A program made the position numbers and the translations under genes. Positions 10,546 through 20,600 of a DNA stretch of 39,039 nucleotides are shown one piece after another (position 1 is the first letter of the stretch; each line of letters begins with the position of its first letter). Source of the stretch: Octopus sinensis (taxonomy: Eukaryota); contig NW_021835730.1 in the NCBI RefSeq assembly GCF_006345805.1, positions 1 to 39,039 of the forward strand. Direction: 5' to 3'. The notes beneath the pieces were generated by a model, which searched no databases, was not told the DNA's origin, and saw nothing but the letters and a program-made list of their open reading frames with translations.

Positions 10546-11176
10546 TATTATATATAGTGTTAGTGGAGCTGCAAGGGCCCGATGATTAGGGCAGTGGACT
10601 CGCGATCGTAGGCATGGGTTGGTGGCGAACTCTACTGTACTATTTCACCGCAACTTTCTCTCACTCTGTCTTCCTGTTTCTGTTGTACCTGTGTTTCAAA
10701 GGGCCAGCCTTGTTACACTCTGTGTCACGGTGAATCTCTCCGAGAACTACGTTAAGAATACACGTGTCAGCCACTTGCAGGTTAATTTCACGAGTAACCT
10801 CTTCCGTTGATCGGATCAATTGGAACCCTCGTCGTCGTGACCGACGGAGTGCCACGATATGTAATATTGATTAAAGATCTATAGCTAAATTCTGCAATGC
10901 TGTAGAACGATAAAACGAATACACCAGTAATTTATTAATCGAAGTAAATGCTCACCAACAATCCATGATATATGCAAATTACACGGTGCTATTTTGGTAT
11001 GCGATCTACGTGAAATGAAACTGTTTTGGTATGCGATCTACACTTTATATGTGCTTCATTCTAATTTACTTTTAATAATAAATGTACTAAATAATAAATT
11101 TTAATAATAAATATATTAACGATAACGTTAGTAAACTTGTTTCAAATTCGCTTCATTCTAATTTCATTTTAATAAT
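10546..11176 (+). repeat. Direct duplication, unit 2
   Basis: See unit 1; the SINE B copy lies at ~10566-10855. Confidence 0.95.
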
Positions 11177-11717
11177 TGTTTTGTTTTTTCCTTCTCATAA
11201 GGGCCGGTTTCCTGTTTTCCTTGGCGTAAAGGTTCCCCACCTAGTCTGGATGCCGGTCCGTCGCAGGTGAGTTTCAAGATGCAGTAGGAAAGAGTGAGAG
11301 AAAGTTGTGGCGAAAGAGTCAGCAGAAGTTCGCCATTACCTTCTGCTGGAGCCGCGTGTAGCTTAGGTGTTTCGCTCATAAACATACACATCGCCTGGTC
11401 TGAGATTCGAACCCGCGATACCTCGACCGCGAGTCCTCTGCTCTAACCACTAGGCCATGTGCCTCTACTATTTTAATGATAAATGTATAAAATGCATAAA
11501 AATTTTAATTCTCTATTTTTTACTTTTCTAACTGATGTTCGTTCGATTCGCCCATAAAATTAGTAAACTTGCGTCAAATTTGTTTAATGTTTTTTTTTAA
11601 ATAAATGTATAGAAATATAAGAATGTTTTAATCAAGCCATAATAAATAAACGAAGCGTGTAGATCGCATACTAAGGTAGAATTTGACTCTTGTACATCGC
11701 ATACCAAAATAGCACCA
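10984..11717. mobile_element. Non-autonomous TIR DNA transposon (MITE) with 9-bp TSD, Mutator-like; contains a nested SINE
   Basis: Left TIR CGGTGCTATTTTGGTATGCGAT and right ATCGCATACCAAAATAGCACCA. Subterminal GTATGCGATCTACAC (11029-11043) is inverted at 11657-11671. TSD CAAATTAGT (10002-10010, unit 1) vs CCAATTAGT (11718-11726). Confidence 0.8.
11177..11465 (-). mobile_element. SINE family B (tail 2), full length
   Basis: Minus strand GAGGCACATGGCCTAGTGGTTAGAGCAG...GGGTTCGAATCTC (A and B boxes), A-rich tail, probable TSD ATTTTAAT(A/G)AT. Confidence 0.88.
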
Positions 11718-11756
11718 CCAATTAGTCTCCAGTTTATTTCAGCTCTTAGTAATAAT

Positions 11757-11942
11757 CCTTTCTGCAATAGGTACATGGTGTAAAATTTTCCGATCCCAGT
11801 AAGTCAAATGATACTAATTTCAATGAACCCAAAACGATGAAAGACAAAGGAGACCTCGGCGGAATTTGAACTCAAAGATGGAAGAAATACTACTAAGGAT
11901 TTTGCTTGGCTTTCTAAAGATTCTGTCTGCTCGCTGCCTTAA
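11757..11942 (-). mobile_element. SINE family A (tail A2), degenerate, 16-bp TSD
   Basis: GACCTCGGCGGAATTTGAACTC on the plus strand. TSD AGCT(C/T)TTAGTAATAAT at 11741-11756 and 11943-11958. Confidence 0.8.
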
Positions 11943-12462
11943 AGCTTTTAGTAATAATGATTAGATAATCAATTGCAAGGAACTTGAAATTAATCCAGTT
12001 GACCTCTGTTTTTGTCAGTGAGAAAATATGTCGAAAGCCATGGTGTTTACATCTCTCACTCTTCGTAGGGCGTTGGCTAAAAATCTATAGATATATTTAT
12101 CAAAATAGAATAACATAGAATTTTGTGAATTAAAGTCAAAATTATGATCCTTTGAGAAGTGTATAGTTGATATAAAATATAGATTTATAGGATAAAGTAA
12201 TGTGAAATATAATGGGGAACATAGGTTTGTTTAGTCCATTGAAGTTATGGCATCATAGAAATTATATTTTTCACGTTAACGATGTTCTGTTTTGTAAAGA
12301 GGAACATAATGTAAAAGATATAGTAAAATTATCCAAACACAGTGTTACCTTCCTTCTCTGATTTACTAACAAAACACCGTTCATAGTCATTAGTAGCGAC
12401 TAAGAACTTCGAGCATTCCTATTTCAGAATGAGGTGTGTTTCCGATTATTAAACTGTTGTTG

Positions 12463-12687
12463 TAAGAACACAAGCTGACAGAATCGTTTGCACACCGGAT
12501 AAATTGCTTAGCGGCGTTTCGACTGTCTTCACATACTGAGTTCCAAAATTGCACCGAAACTGACTTTACCTCTCATCTACTTGGTGTCAATAAAGCTTTT
12601 AGTAATAATGTACGGAGGTCAATGTAATGGGTTTAACATCCCACGAAAAACTGCTGGCCCTGTGCCAAAATTTGAAACCATAATTAT
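12463..12687 (+). mobile_element. SINE family A (tail A2), degenerate
   Basis: GCTGACAGAATCGTTTGCACACCGG...CTGAGTTCC...GGCCCTGTGCCAAAATTTGAAACC. Confidence 0.7.
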
Positions 12688-12897
12688 ACTGTTGTTGTAT
12701 CTTTCATTCACCACACATATTCATTACTGTTTTTCCACCTATGTGGCATGTTTATTTCCTTTTTATTAACATTAATTACCTTCTGTTACCATTAATAATC
12801 TAGAGAACCGTACGTCAAAAGAATTAATACATGATGTTGCATGTATTATGTTAGTCACTCTTTAAGAATGACTGTGATCATAAGTCTGACAAAAAAT

Positions 12898-13322
12898 AAG
12901 GCGGTGAGCTGGCATAAACGCCGGGCGAAATGCGTAGCAGTATTTCGTCTGCCGTTACGTTCTGTGTTCAAATTCCGCCGAGGTCGACTTTGCCTTTCAT
13001 CCCTTTCGGGGTCGATAAATTAAGTACTAGTTACGCCCTGGGGTCGATGTAATCGACTTAATCCCTGTGTCCGTCCTTGTTTGTGCCCTCTGTGTTTAGC
13101 CCCTTGTTGGTAGTAAAGAAATAGGTATTTCGTCTGCGGCTACGTTCTGATTTCAAATTCCGCCGAGATCGACTTTGCCTTTCAACCTTTCCGGTTCGAT
13201 AAATAAAGTACCAGTTACGCACTGGGGTCGATGTAATCGACTTAATCCCTTTGTCTGTCCTTGTTTGTCCCCACTGGGATTAGCCACTTGTGGGCAATAC
13301 AGAAATAAGAAATAAAATAAGA
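12898..13322 (+). mobile_element. Tandem SINE family A (tail A1): copy 12898-13123 followed by 5'-truncated copy 13124-13322
   Basis: Two consecutive TTTCGTCTGC...TCAAATTCCGCCGAG...GGGGTCGATGTAATCGACTTAATCCC units, joined at AAAGAAATA|GGTATTTCG. Confidence 0.9.
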
Positions 13323-13477
13323 ATTAGTTTCGAGCTTGGACTAAACAAAAGCTATTGCGCTCACCTTTTAATACTTCTTCGTTAAGACCTTTATTTTATT
13401 TCCCTTCATCTTTTACTTATTAATTGTTGTTGTTGCTGTTGTGTCTTCGTCTTCGTCGTTGTCACCGTTATCGTTGT

Positions 13478-13570
13478 TGCTGAGAGTCAAGTCAGTCTTG
13501 GCCGAACAGACTTGTAATCGAAGCAGTCGAGACATCACTAACTCCTTTTTTTGTTTGCATATCTATGACT
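13478..13570 (-). mobile_element. Degenerate 3' end of a retroposon with a (CAA)n-like tail (family E)
   Basis: Similar to 28078-28200, 32800-32880 and 25080-25115 (CAGG/AAGTCAG...GATC/GCCGAGCAG...GATC), several preceded by (TTG)n on the plus strand. Confidence 0.45.
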
Positions 13571-13699
13571 CCATTGTTCAATATATCCTCCCTATCTAAT
13601 ATAAAGTAGTGAGATTTGAGAAATTCTGGTGAGACATTTTTTCTAATAAGTTGAGTGATCACGTATAAGAGCTCCTCCTTTTAACTGCTCGGTTAGAGC

Positions 13700-14085
13700 A
13701 ACTATTTACTCTGTCTTGACGGTCTGAGTGCAAATTTCACCATGTCAATTTTGCCTTTCACCCTTTTGTGAGTCAATAGAATAAATACCAGTCGAACAGT
13801 GGGGATCGATGAAACCGACTATCGCTTTTCTCCATAAACTTCAGGCCATGTCGCTCTAGCAGAAAGGATTATTTCTCAGTCTTAATCTGCGGAGATTGCT
13901 GAATAATTAACACGACGAAACAAAATGGATTAGCAGCATGTCTTCTTCAACCGAGGTCGACTTTGCCTTTCACATTCGGGATCGATAAAATAAGTAACAG
14001 TTGTACTAGTTAAGCTCTAGAATCGAAGTAGTCGACAGCCTCCTTCCCTACAATTTCTGGCCTTCTGCCAAAATTAGAGAATTAT
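13700..14085 (+). mobile_element. Two degenerate SINE family A fragments (~13700-13875 and ~13948-14085)
   Basis: TTTGCCTTTCACCC/CCGAGGTCGACTTTGCCTTTC bodies with A2-type tails (GGCC(A/T)TGT...AGAAAGGATTATT). Confidence 0.65.
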
Positions 14086-14269
14086 ATTTCTGTGAATTTA
14101 TCTTTACATTTTTTTGCCCCACCCTTAATCCCACACTCTCTTCTCATCTTTCTTTATCCCTCATATTATCATCTTCATATTCTTATTCGGCATTTCTATA
14201 TTTCTTTTAATTCTTTCTATATTTTTTGTATACTTCTCCGTCTTTCCTTCATTTTCTCTCTATATGCAT

Positions 14270-14385
14270 CCATCTTTATCTTCCCCTATCTCTGTCTCTC
14301 TGTCTCTGTCTCTCTTTCTCTCACTTTCTTTTTTCTGTGATTCGTTGTTACTCTTCCTTTCTTCCTGAGTCTCTCTCGCTTTCCT

Positions 14386-14416
<31 letters not shown>

Positions 14417-14600
14417 TTCTCTCTTTCATATTCTTTCTCTGTGAATATCACACTATTAACTTCACTTCTCTCTCACTCTCCTTTTCGTTTCTTTCTCTTC
14501 TGTCACTCAACGCCAATCTTCTTTCTTCCCAATGTCTCTCTTTCTTTCCATCTCCCTTCCTCTCACACGCTCTCTCCCACCCCATCTCTCTTTCTCTCTA
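14270..14600. repeat. (CT)n/(CTGT)n pyrimidine-rich low-complexity tract
   Basis: Direct inspection. Confidence 0.85.
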
Positions 14601-15204
14601 GTCATTTCCTTTACTAAATCTGCCTACTTCGCGCTTCTTGTCTTTCTGTTACCCCCACCCCCACTTCCAACCTTATCACTACTCAGTTTCTCTCATCTTT
14701 TATTCTCTCCATTGCTGTCTCCGTGCCAGCCATCCTCCCAATTTTCTCTCTTTCCATCACTTCAAATCTCCACCGCTTCCTATTGCTTTCACTGTTTCGT
14801 CATATCCATATATCTACGTTTCATTGATGTTTATAGTATTTTGGCCTTGTTCTGCATTTATGCAAACGTGTCTACGTCTCTTTGCATTGTCTCCCTTTGC
14901 ATCTTCACTCTTCCCGCTCCACACTCCTTCTACCTTCACAGACTTCAATCTTTTAGCACATACACACGCACACGTATACATACATACATATATATACGCG
15001 CATACACACGCAGAGACCACAGACACATGCATAAATTAATACAGTTACACTCAAGCAGACAACCACATATTCATACACAAAGTCCCTCGCTGTTTCACTC
15101 AGCCATACTTTTCAACTTCCCAGCCCGTCTCTCACCCTTACTTTCACTTTCCCTTGCTCTCCCATACTTGCTCTTTTACTTTTTACCTCCCTTTACAGGT
15201 CAGA

Positions 15205-15245
<41 letters not shown>

Positions 15246-15926
15246 TTTCCTTCTTTCACTATGTCTCTTACTTGTTTTAACATCACATTTTCGCTCTATG
15301 ATTTAGAAAAAGACACAAAACAAAACAAGAAAATAGACATATGAAACAAAACAAAAAAAAAGCAAAAAGCAAAACAAAAAGAAAAAAATGCCGAATACAA
15401 AAAGTAAATAAAAATAAAAACATCCAAAGAAAATAAACAAAAATGAACCCGAAACACACAAGGGAACAAAGGGAGTAGAATATATAAGAAAAAAATGTGG
15501 AAGGGTTGTGACCATCACACGCCAACACGAACACAAACACAACAAGAAAACAAGGAAGAAAAAAAACTATAAACAATAAAGGAATAGAAGGAAAAAATAA
15601 ATATAAATGAAATCAGAGATGAAATATAATCAAGCAAACAAGGGGGAGGGAACTGCATTTGTTGTGCAGGGGTCGCTGATAGAGTTAGCTGACATTTTAT
15701 AAGAATGGATAACCTTATCCGTATCATTATTACAGAGACGCACTCCCTACAAGAGAAACGCGCGCGCGCACATAAGTACGTAGACACAAATGGATAACTA
15801 CAATCACACATATACATATATCTGCTTATATAACTGAAAATATATATATATCAATACACACACACATATATGTATGTATATATGTGTGTATATATATATA
15901 TATAATAAATATATACACACAAACGC

Positions 15927-15972
<46 letters not shown>

Positions 15973-16022
15973 TATATATTTATTTAGATACATATATGTG
16001 TGTGTTCGCGTGTGTGTATATA

Positions 16023-16062
<40 letters not shown>

Positions 16063-16089
16063 TATATATATATACATATATACATATAC

Positions 16090-16480
16090 AAGCGCAAGCG
16101 TGGATGTGCGGTAAGGAACTTGCTTCCCAACCATATGGTTGCGGGTTCAGTCCTACTGCATAGAAATTTGGGCAACTGTCTTCTACTATAGCCTCGGGCC
16201 GTCCGAAGCCTTGTGAGTTGATTTGGTTGACGGAAACTGATAGGAGCCCGTCGTGTGTGTGTATAAATAAATATATTTAAGTGTATGTCTCTTTGTGTAT
16301 GTGTTTGTTTCCCCACCATCTTTTGATAACCGATGCTGATCTGTGTAACTCCCTGAAACATAGTGTTCCGAGAAAAGAGACCCTTTACATAAGTACTAGG
16401 TTTACAAAGAATAAGTCCCTGGGTCGATTTCTTCGACTAAAATCGGTGCTGCGACATGGCCGCAGTCAAATGACTGCAAC
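16090..16480 (+). mobile_element. SINE family C, near full length
   Basis: Head GCTTCCCAACCATATGGTTGCGGGTTCAGTCC, TTGGGCAACTGTCTTC (CORE-like), tail ACATGGCCGCAGTCAAATGACTG. Confidence 0.88.
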
Positions 16481-16634
16481 TATACATATAGATACATATG
16501 TATACACACACACACATACATCCGTTAAGTAGTATTAACCATGAGAAAAACAATAACCAATACCATAGAACGGATTAACGATATCTTATCCTCGTCTTGT
16601 CAGTCGCTTTCTATCTCTGAGTTTCATGTAAATA

Positions 16635-16818
16635 TATACTGTTGACTTCAAGGCGATCTTCTCTGCTCGTCGTGGTTTCAATTTAGTAGTGGTTGATTGG
16701 GGGTCTGGCGGTCTATCAGAGAGAAGCGGCTGATAGACCTTCTGATCCGGTGTTTAGCAGCCGCTACTAAATTCAAACCACGATGAACAGAGAAGATCGC
16801 CTTGAAGTCGACAATATA
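16635..16818. mobile_element. TA-flanked fold-back element (MITE-like) with 56-bp arms and an inner 10-bp hairpin
   Basis: 16640-16695 vs the reverse complement of 16758-16813 match at 50/56. Inner GGTCTATCAG (16710-16719) pairs with CTGATAGACC (16730-16739). Confidence 0.85.
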
Positions 16819-17675
16819 GAAAGGAGACAAAACACAAAGTTGAGCTTTTCTTTTTGGAAAGAAGAAAGGAAGAAAAAAAGAAGAAAATTGTGGGTCGAAT
16901 TTCGATCAAAAAGGATCGTGGGGAGATCAATAGGGATCGTGTATCACAGAAATATCAATGTAAAAAGGGAAAACAGATTAGGTTTATCCGTGGAAAGAAA
17001 ATCCCACGGAAAAGACCACGGGAACCTTTGGTAATAGTGTCATGCCAAAAAGAAAAAACACATTACAGTAAGTGGGTCTCTTTTCCCCTTTTCCCATTTT
17101 TTTTTTTTGGTTCATAGGATTTGCTCAAGCTGACTCCGTCATTCACATGTGCCATCCTTGCTACATCCACCCATCTTTTTTTGAAGATTCACTAGAGAAA
17201 ACTTCCCTCTCTAATCTCACCTTCCTCTTCAAGTGATACTTGAAGAAGTTGATGAGAGATAGACCAGAGAGGAAAGTGTTCGTCTCTGGACCTTTCAGGC
17301 GCGTCCATCATAAACATTCTTTCTCCATAGGCCCACAGGTTGGAAATAGTTGGACACTATATGAGTGCGTGCAGGACGGTTTCGTTGCTCTGACCACATC
17401 TCGAGCAGGTCGGCCTCGTGTTTCTCGAACCATGCCTGTAGGGCTTATTCTGAACGGGTAGCGCTTCTCCATAGCACTGGCAGGCCAAGAATCTCTGGCA
17501 GTTGTCCATAGGTCCCGGCTTTAAAATCGTCTTGAACAGGCGGATCAGGTATTCTTCGTCGACGCCCAGGTTCGCCCCGAGATTGTCGCCGTACCTCCCC
17601 TCCGCTAATCACCTATAGAATGCTTTGGTTGTGATGAAGTCGCTAAAGCTCGCCCCGGGACGGCATAGTTGCTTG
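16819..17675 (-). mobile_element. Tx1/L1-clade LINE, 3' portion (ORF2 C-terminal CCHC knuckle plus 3' UTR), 5'-truncated and pseudogenised
   Basis: Minus strand translates ...LPVQNKPYRHGSRNTRPTCSRCGQSNETVLHALI*CPTISNLW... (C-x2-C-x7-H-x4-C) and ...FFKYHLKRKVRLEREV...W. The UTR is homologous to 38423-38640. Confidence 0.8.
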
Positions 17676-18100
17676 ATAGATAGAAAGATAGAAAGATAGA
17701 TAGATAGATAGATACATATATATATACACACACATATATATACACACACACATATATATATATATATATGTATGCGTATACATATACGTATATATATATT
17801 ATATATATATAGAGAGAGAGAGAGAGATATGTACATATATATACGTATATATATAAATATAATACGTATATTATATATATATATATAACGTATATATAAT
17901 ATATATATATATTATATATATATACTATTATAATTATTATATATATATATATATATGCGTATATATAATACGTATATATATATATATATATATATATATA
18001 CGTATATATATATATATATATATATATATACGTATATTATATATATATCTATATATATATATATATTATATATATATATATCATATATATATATAAATAT
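17676..18100. repeat. (GATA)n followed by (TA)n compound microsatellite
   Basis: Direct inspection. Confidence 0.95.
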
Positions 18101-18749
18101 TTGAAATATAGGTCACAGATTTATGTCATTCCGTTCTTCAGATTATATATATATATATGTTCTTCAACTATCCGCTCGTGAGAATGTCTGGTTGGAGGTA
18201 TAGCTTTGTACGTCGATCGTCATCGACGAGCTTCTTCTTTTTGCTTATATCTGATATGTCATGCATCTTGGTATTTTGAACATTTTTGTTTAGGGGCGCT
18301 CAGGCATTCTGTTGCGACATTCTGTTGAGACTGAAAATTAGAACTCTGTTCTAATCCTGTGATTTTTGTCTGAGTGAGCATAAATAGTTTTCGTTATAAA
18401 TGTAGCAAAATTTTACATAATTGTTGTACTCTTTGCTAGGTTATAAATTTGTTGATAATTTGTTGATATCATGCAAATTATTATTGTTGTCATCTTCTGT
18501 AATGTTTATGCATCTTCGTTCTGTCTACATTCATCTTTCCATAGGGAGCTTTTTGCGTATCTGTATGTCTAATTTTGTCTAAAATTTTGTTATCTTTAAC
18601 TGAAAATAGAAAGTTTTGTTTAAAAGAAGCTCCTTAGATAAACCTATGTTCATATGAATGATGTTAAACCCTTCCTATAAACCAGCAGTCTGTGATGGAG
18701 GAGTTTCATCTCATTTATTTATTCAAGGCATGAAAATAGAAATCCATGA

Positions 18750-19055
18750 ATGATTACACAAAAGCATTATTCATCCCCCATACTCACAAACTACGTAGAA
18801 TGTGATGATGCGCGTGCATTGGAAATTCTTCCACAAGAAAGAGATTATCTGAATACTTGCATGCAGAAACTGATTCAAAAGTTCAAAAAGGGAAACTTTG
18901 TCCCTCCGAAGAACTTCGAAAGCGCTCAATTTGAGCTTACCAGTCTGCTAAATGAATGTAAAATTCTGATGACACACTATAACTTTTCAGAACGACTTTA
19001 TCGAACACATCAGAACATTGGAACAAAGCACAACCTAGAAATACTTGCAAAATAA
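18750..19055 (+). other. Unassigned 101-codon non-repetitive ORF (possible exon or TE remnant)
   Basis: Longest complex-sequence ORF outside the LINE fragments. No motif recognised; an in-frame stop lies immediately upstream. Confidence 0.2.
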
Positions 19056-19075
19056 GCAAAGTGCATATTATGAAA

Positions 19076-19340
19076 GTGGAGACGCGTGGCTTAGTGGTTA
19101 GGGTGTCGGCATCATGATCGTAAGATTGTGGTTTCAATTCATGGACCGTGCGACGCGTTGAGTCCTTGGGCAAAACACTTCATTTCACGTTGCTCCAGTC
19201 TGCTCAGCTGGCAAAAAGGAGTAACGCTGCGATGGACTGGCGTCTCGTCCAGCTGAGGAACACATACCCCATTGAAACCGGGAAACCGGGCCCATGAGCC
19301 TGGCTAGACTTTAAAAGGGCGCATTTATTTATTATTTTTA
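19076..19340 (+). mobile_element. SINE family D (tRNA head, CORE-like body), 12-bp TSD
   Basis: A box TGGCTTAGTGG, B-box-like GGTTTCAATTC, TCCTTGGGCAAAACACTT, (ATTT)n tail. TSD CATATTATGAAA at 19064-19075 and 19341-19352. Confidence 0.9.
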
Positions 19341-19842
19341 CATATTATGAAATAAGCAACGCTGCATAACCTGAACTTTTAAGAAAGAATATAAAAAAAA
19401 CGGCCCCGCTGCGTACGACTACATGTGTGCGGTACGGGTAGTTCTTTTATAACTTCATAACCGAAGCCAGTTATTTATCAACGTTTTACAATGTAGCCAC
19501 CATTATATTTTTAAGGATCACACCGCAACTCCCTCTTTCCACACCAAATGTAGCTTAATTAACCTATTCAAAATTGCATATGCTATAGATAACAATATAT
19601 ATATAATCGAGACTATGTCTATAGCAGTAACCATCAGTTATATCATCATCAAATGTTTCCAGGGCATTAAAAAGAAGCCCATCTGTGGGTTGCACGCATT
19701 CGTTTTTTGCGGACACCTGTCCTTCTATATCCAACCAACAATATCTCTTGTGTGGAGATCCGAAATGTTGTCCACTTGCTCACATCAGCAGAGGTTTTCG
19801 TACGATTTTCTAGAATTTTCAGATTGCTCAACGTATTATTTT

Positions 19843-20222
19843 ACCCTTTTTCTTGTTTCAATCGTTTGGCTGCGGCTATGCTGGAACACCGGCTAGAAGG
19901 GATTTTAGTCGAACAAATCGAACCTAAGACTTTATCTTTTTTTAAGCCCAGAACTTATTCTGTAGGTCGCTTTCGCCGAATCGCTAATTTACGGGGACGT
20001 AATCGCACCAACACCGGTTGTCAAGCGGTGGTGGGGAAGGACACACACATAAATATACACATATAAATACGATGGGCTGCTTTCAGTTTCCGTCTATCAA
20101 ATCCGCTCACAAGGATTGGGTCGGCCCAAGGCTGTAGTAGATGACACTCGCCCAAGAGGGACTGAACCCGGAACCATGTGGTTGGGAAGGAACCTTTTTA
20201 CCGCACAGTCATACCCGTGCCT
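19843..20222 (-). mobile_element. SINE family C
   Basis: Reverse complement of the family C head (GGACTGAACCCGGAACCATGTGGTTGGGAAG) and tail (TTGTTTCAATC...GCGGCTATGCTGGAACACC). Confidence 0.88.
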
Positions 20223-20530
20223 TTCATCCTAATTCATAAATTTCAGATCATAGAGAACTTCACCATGTAATTTTTCTTGACAAAGATAGCAATAGGTTGG
20301 ATTGCTTCTACCTACAATGGAGACCGAAGAAAAGTGGTTCGCAAAAAGCAAGACTCTGGTAATGCAATCAGAATTCATCAACAAGAAACGAATTTACAAC
20401 TGGTCTTACTGCAGTAAACAACTCCCGATATCATTTACATTTATCTAAATAAACAACAGCGTATACATATCAATCGTTTGTGTGTTCATGAATACATGTA
20501 TGCATGCGTATATATGTATACGTATGCATG

Positions 20531-20599
<69 letters not shown>

Positions 20600-20600
20600 T

